From Chrysomallon squamiferum (lineage: Eukaryota; Animalia; Mollusca): 64,000 nt of DNA. The notes beneath the pieces were generated by a model. It saw only the letters and a program-made list of their open reading frames with translations. It was not told where the DNA came from and made no database searches. How positions within the stretch are numbered: position 1 is the stretch's first letter; every line of letters begins with the position of its first letter. The translations under genes were made by a program, and so were the position numbers. Where the stretch lies: contig CM022674.1 in assembly GCA_012295275.1 (NCBI GenBank), forward strand, positions 10,106,001 through 10,170,000, given 5' to 3'. This document shows positions 63,989 through 64,000 of this stretch, one piece after another.

Positions 63989-64000
63989 ATTTTACGATTT

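Overview
AT-rich, intron-containing animal genomic DNA, not prokaryotic. Gene content and repeat types suggest a lophotrochozoan, probably a mollusc with a compact genome (inference). Most entries in the ORF track are spurious or single exons read through into introns. I reconstructed spliced models by hand for nine genes: SZRD1 (first exon only, -), TTC36 (+), AP2M1 (-), MTHFR (+), a DUF1647-like type II membrane protein (-), CNTD1 (+), MED4 (+), COPS7 (+) and RCC2 (-). The eight complete models use GT-AG introns and give intact frames. Introns carry DNA-transposon relics: a Tigger/pogo MITE, a hAT MITE with a perfect 8-bp TSD, and a Sola2-like element with long TIRs. The most interesting observations are two frame-preserving candidate microexons plus a tandem acceptor in AP2M1, and a TAGCTAG acceptor in MTHFR that could switch upstream exons between a uORF and an N-terminal extension. 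I found no CRISPR array, tRNA or rRNA, and no clearly new multi-gene system. Coordinates were read by eye and homologies come from memory, not from searches.
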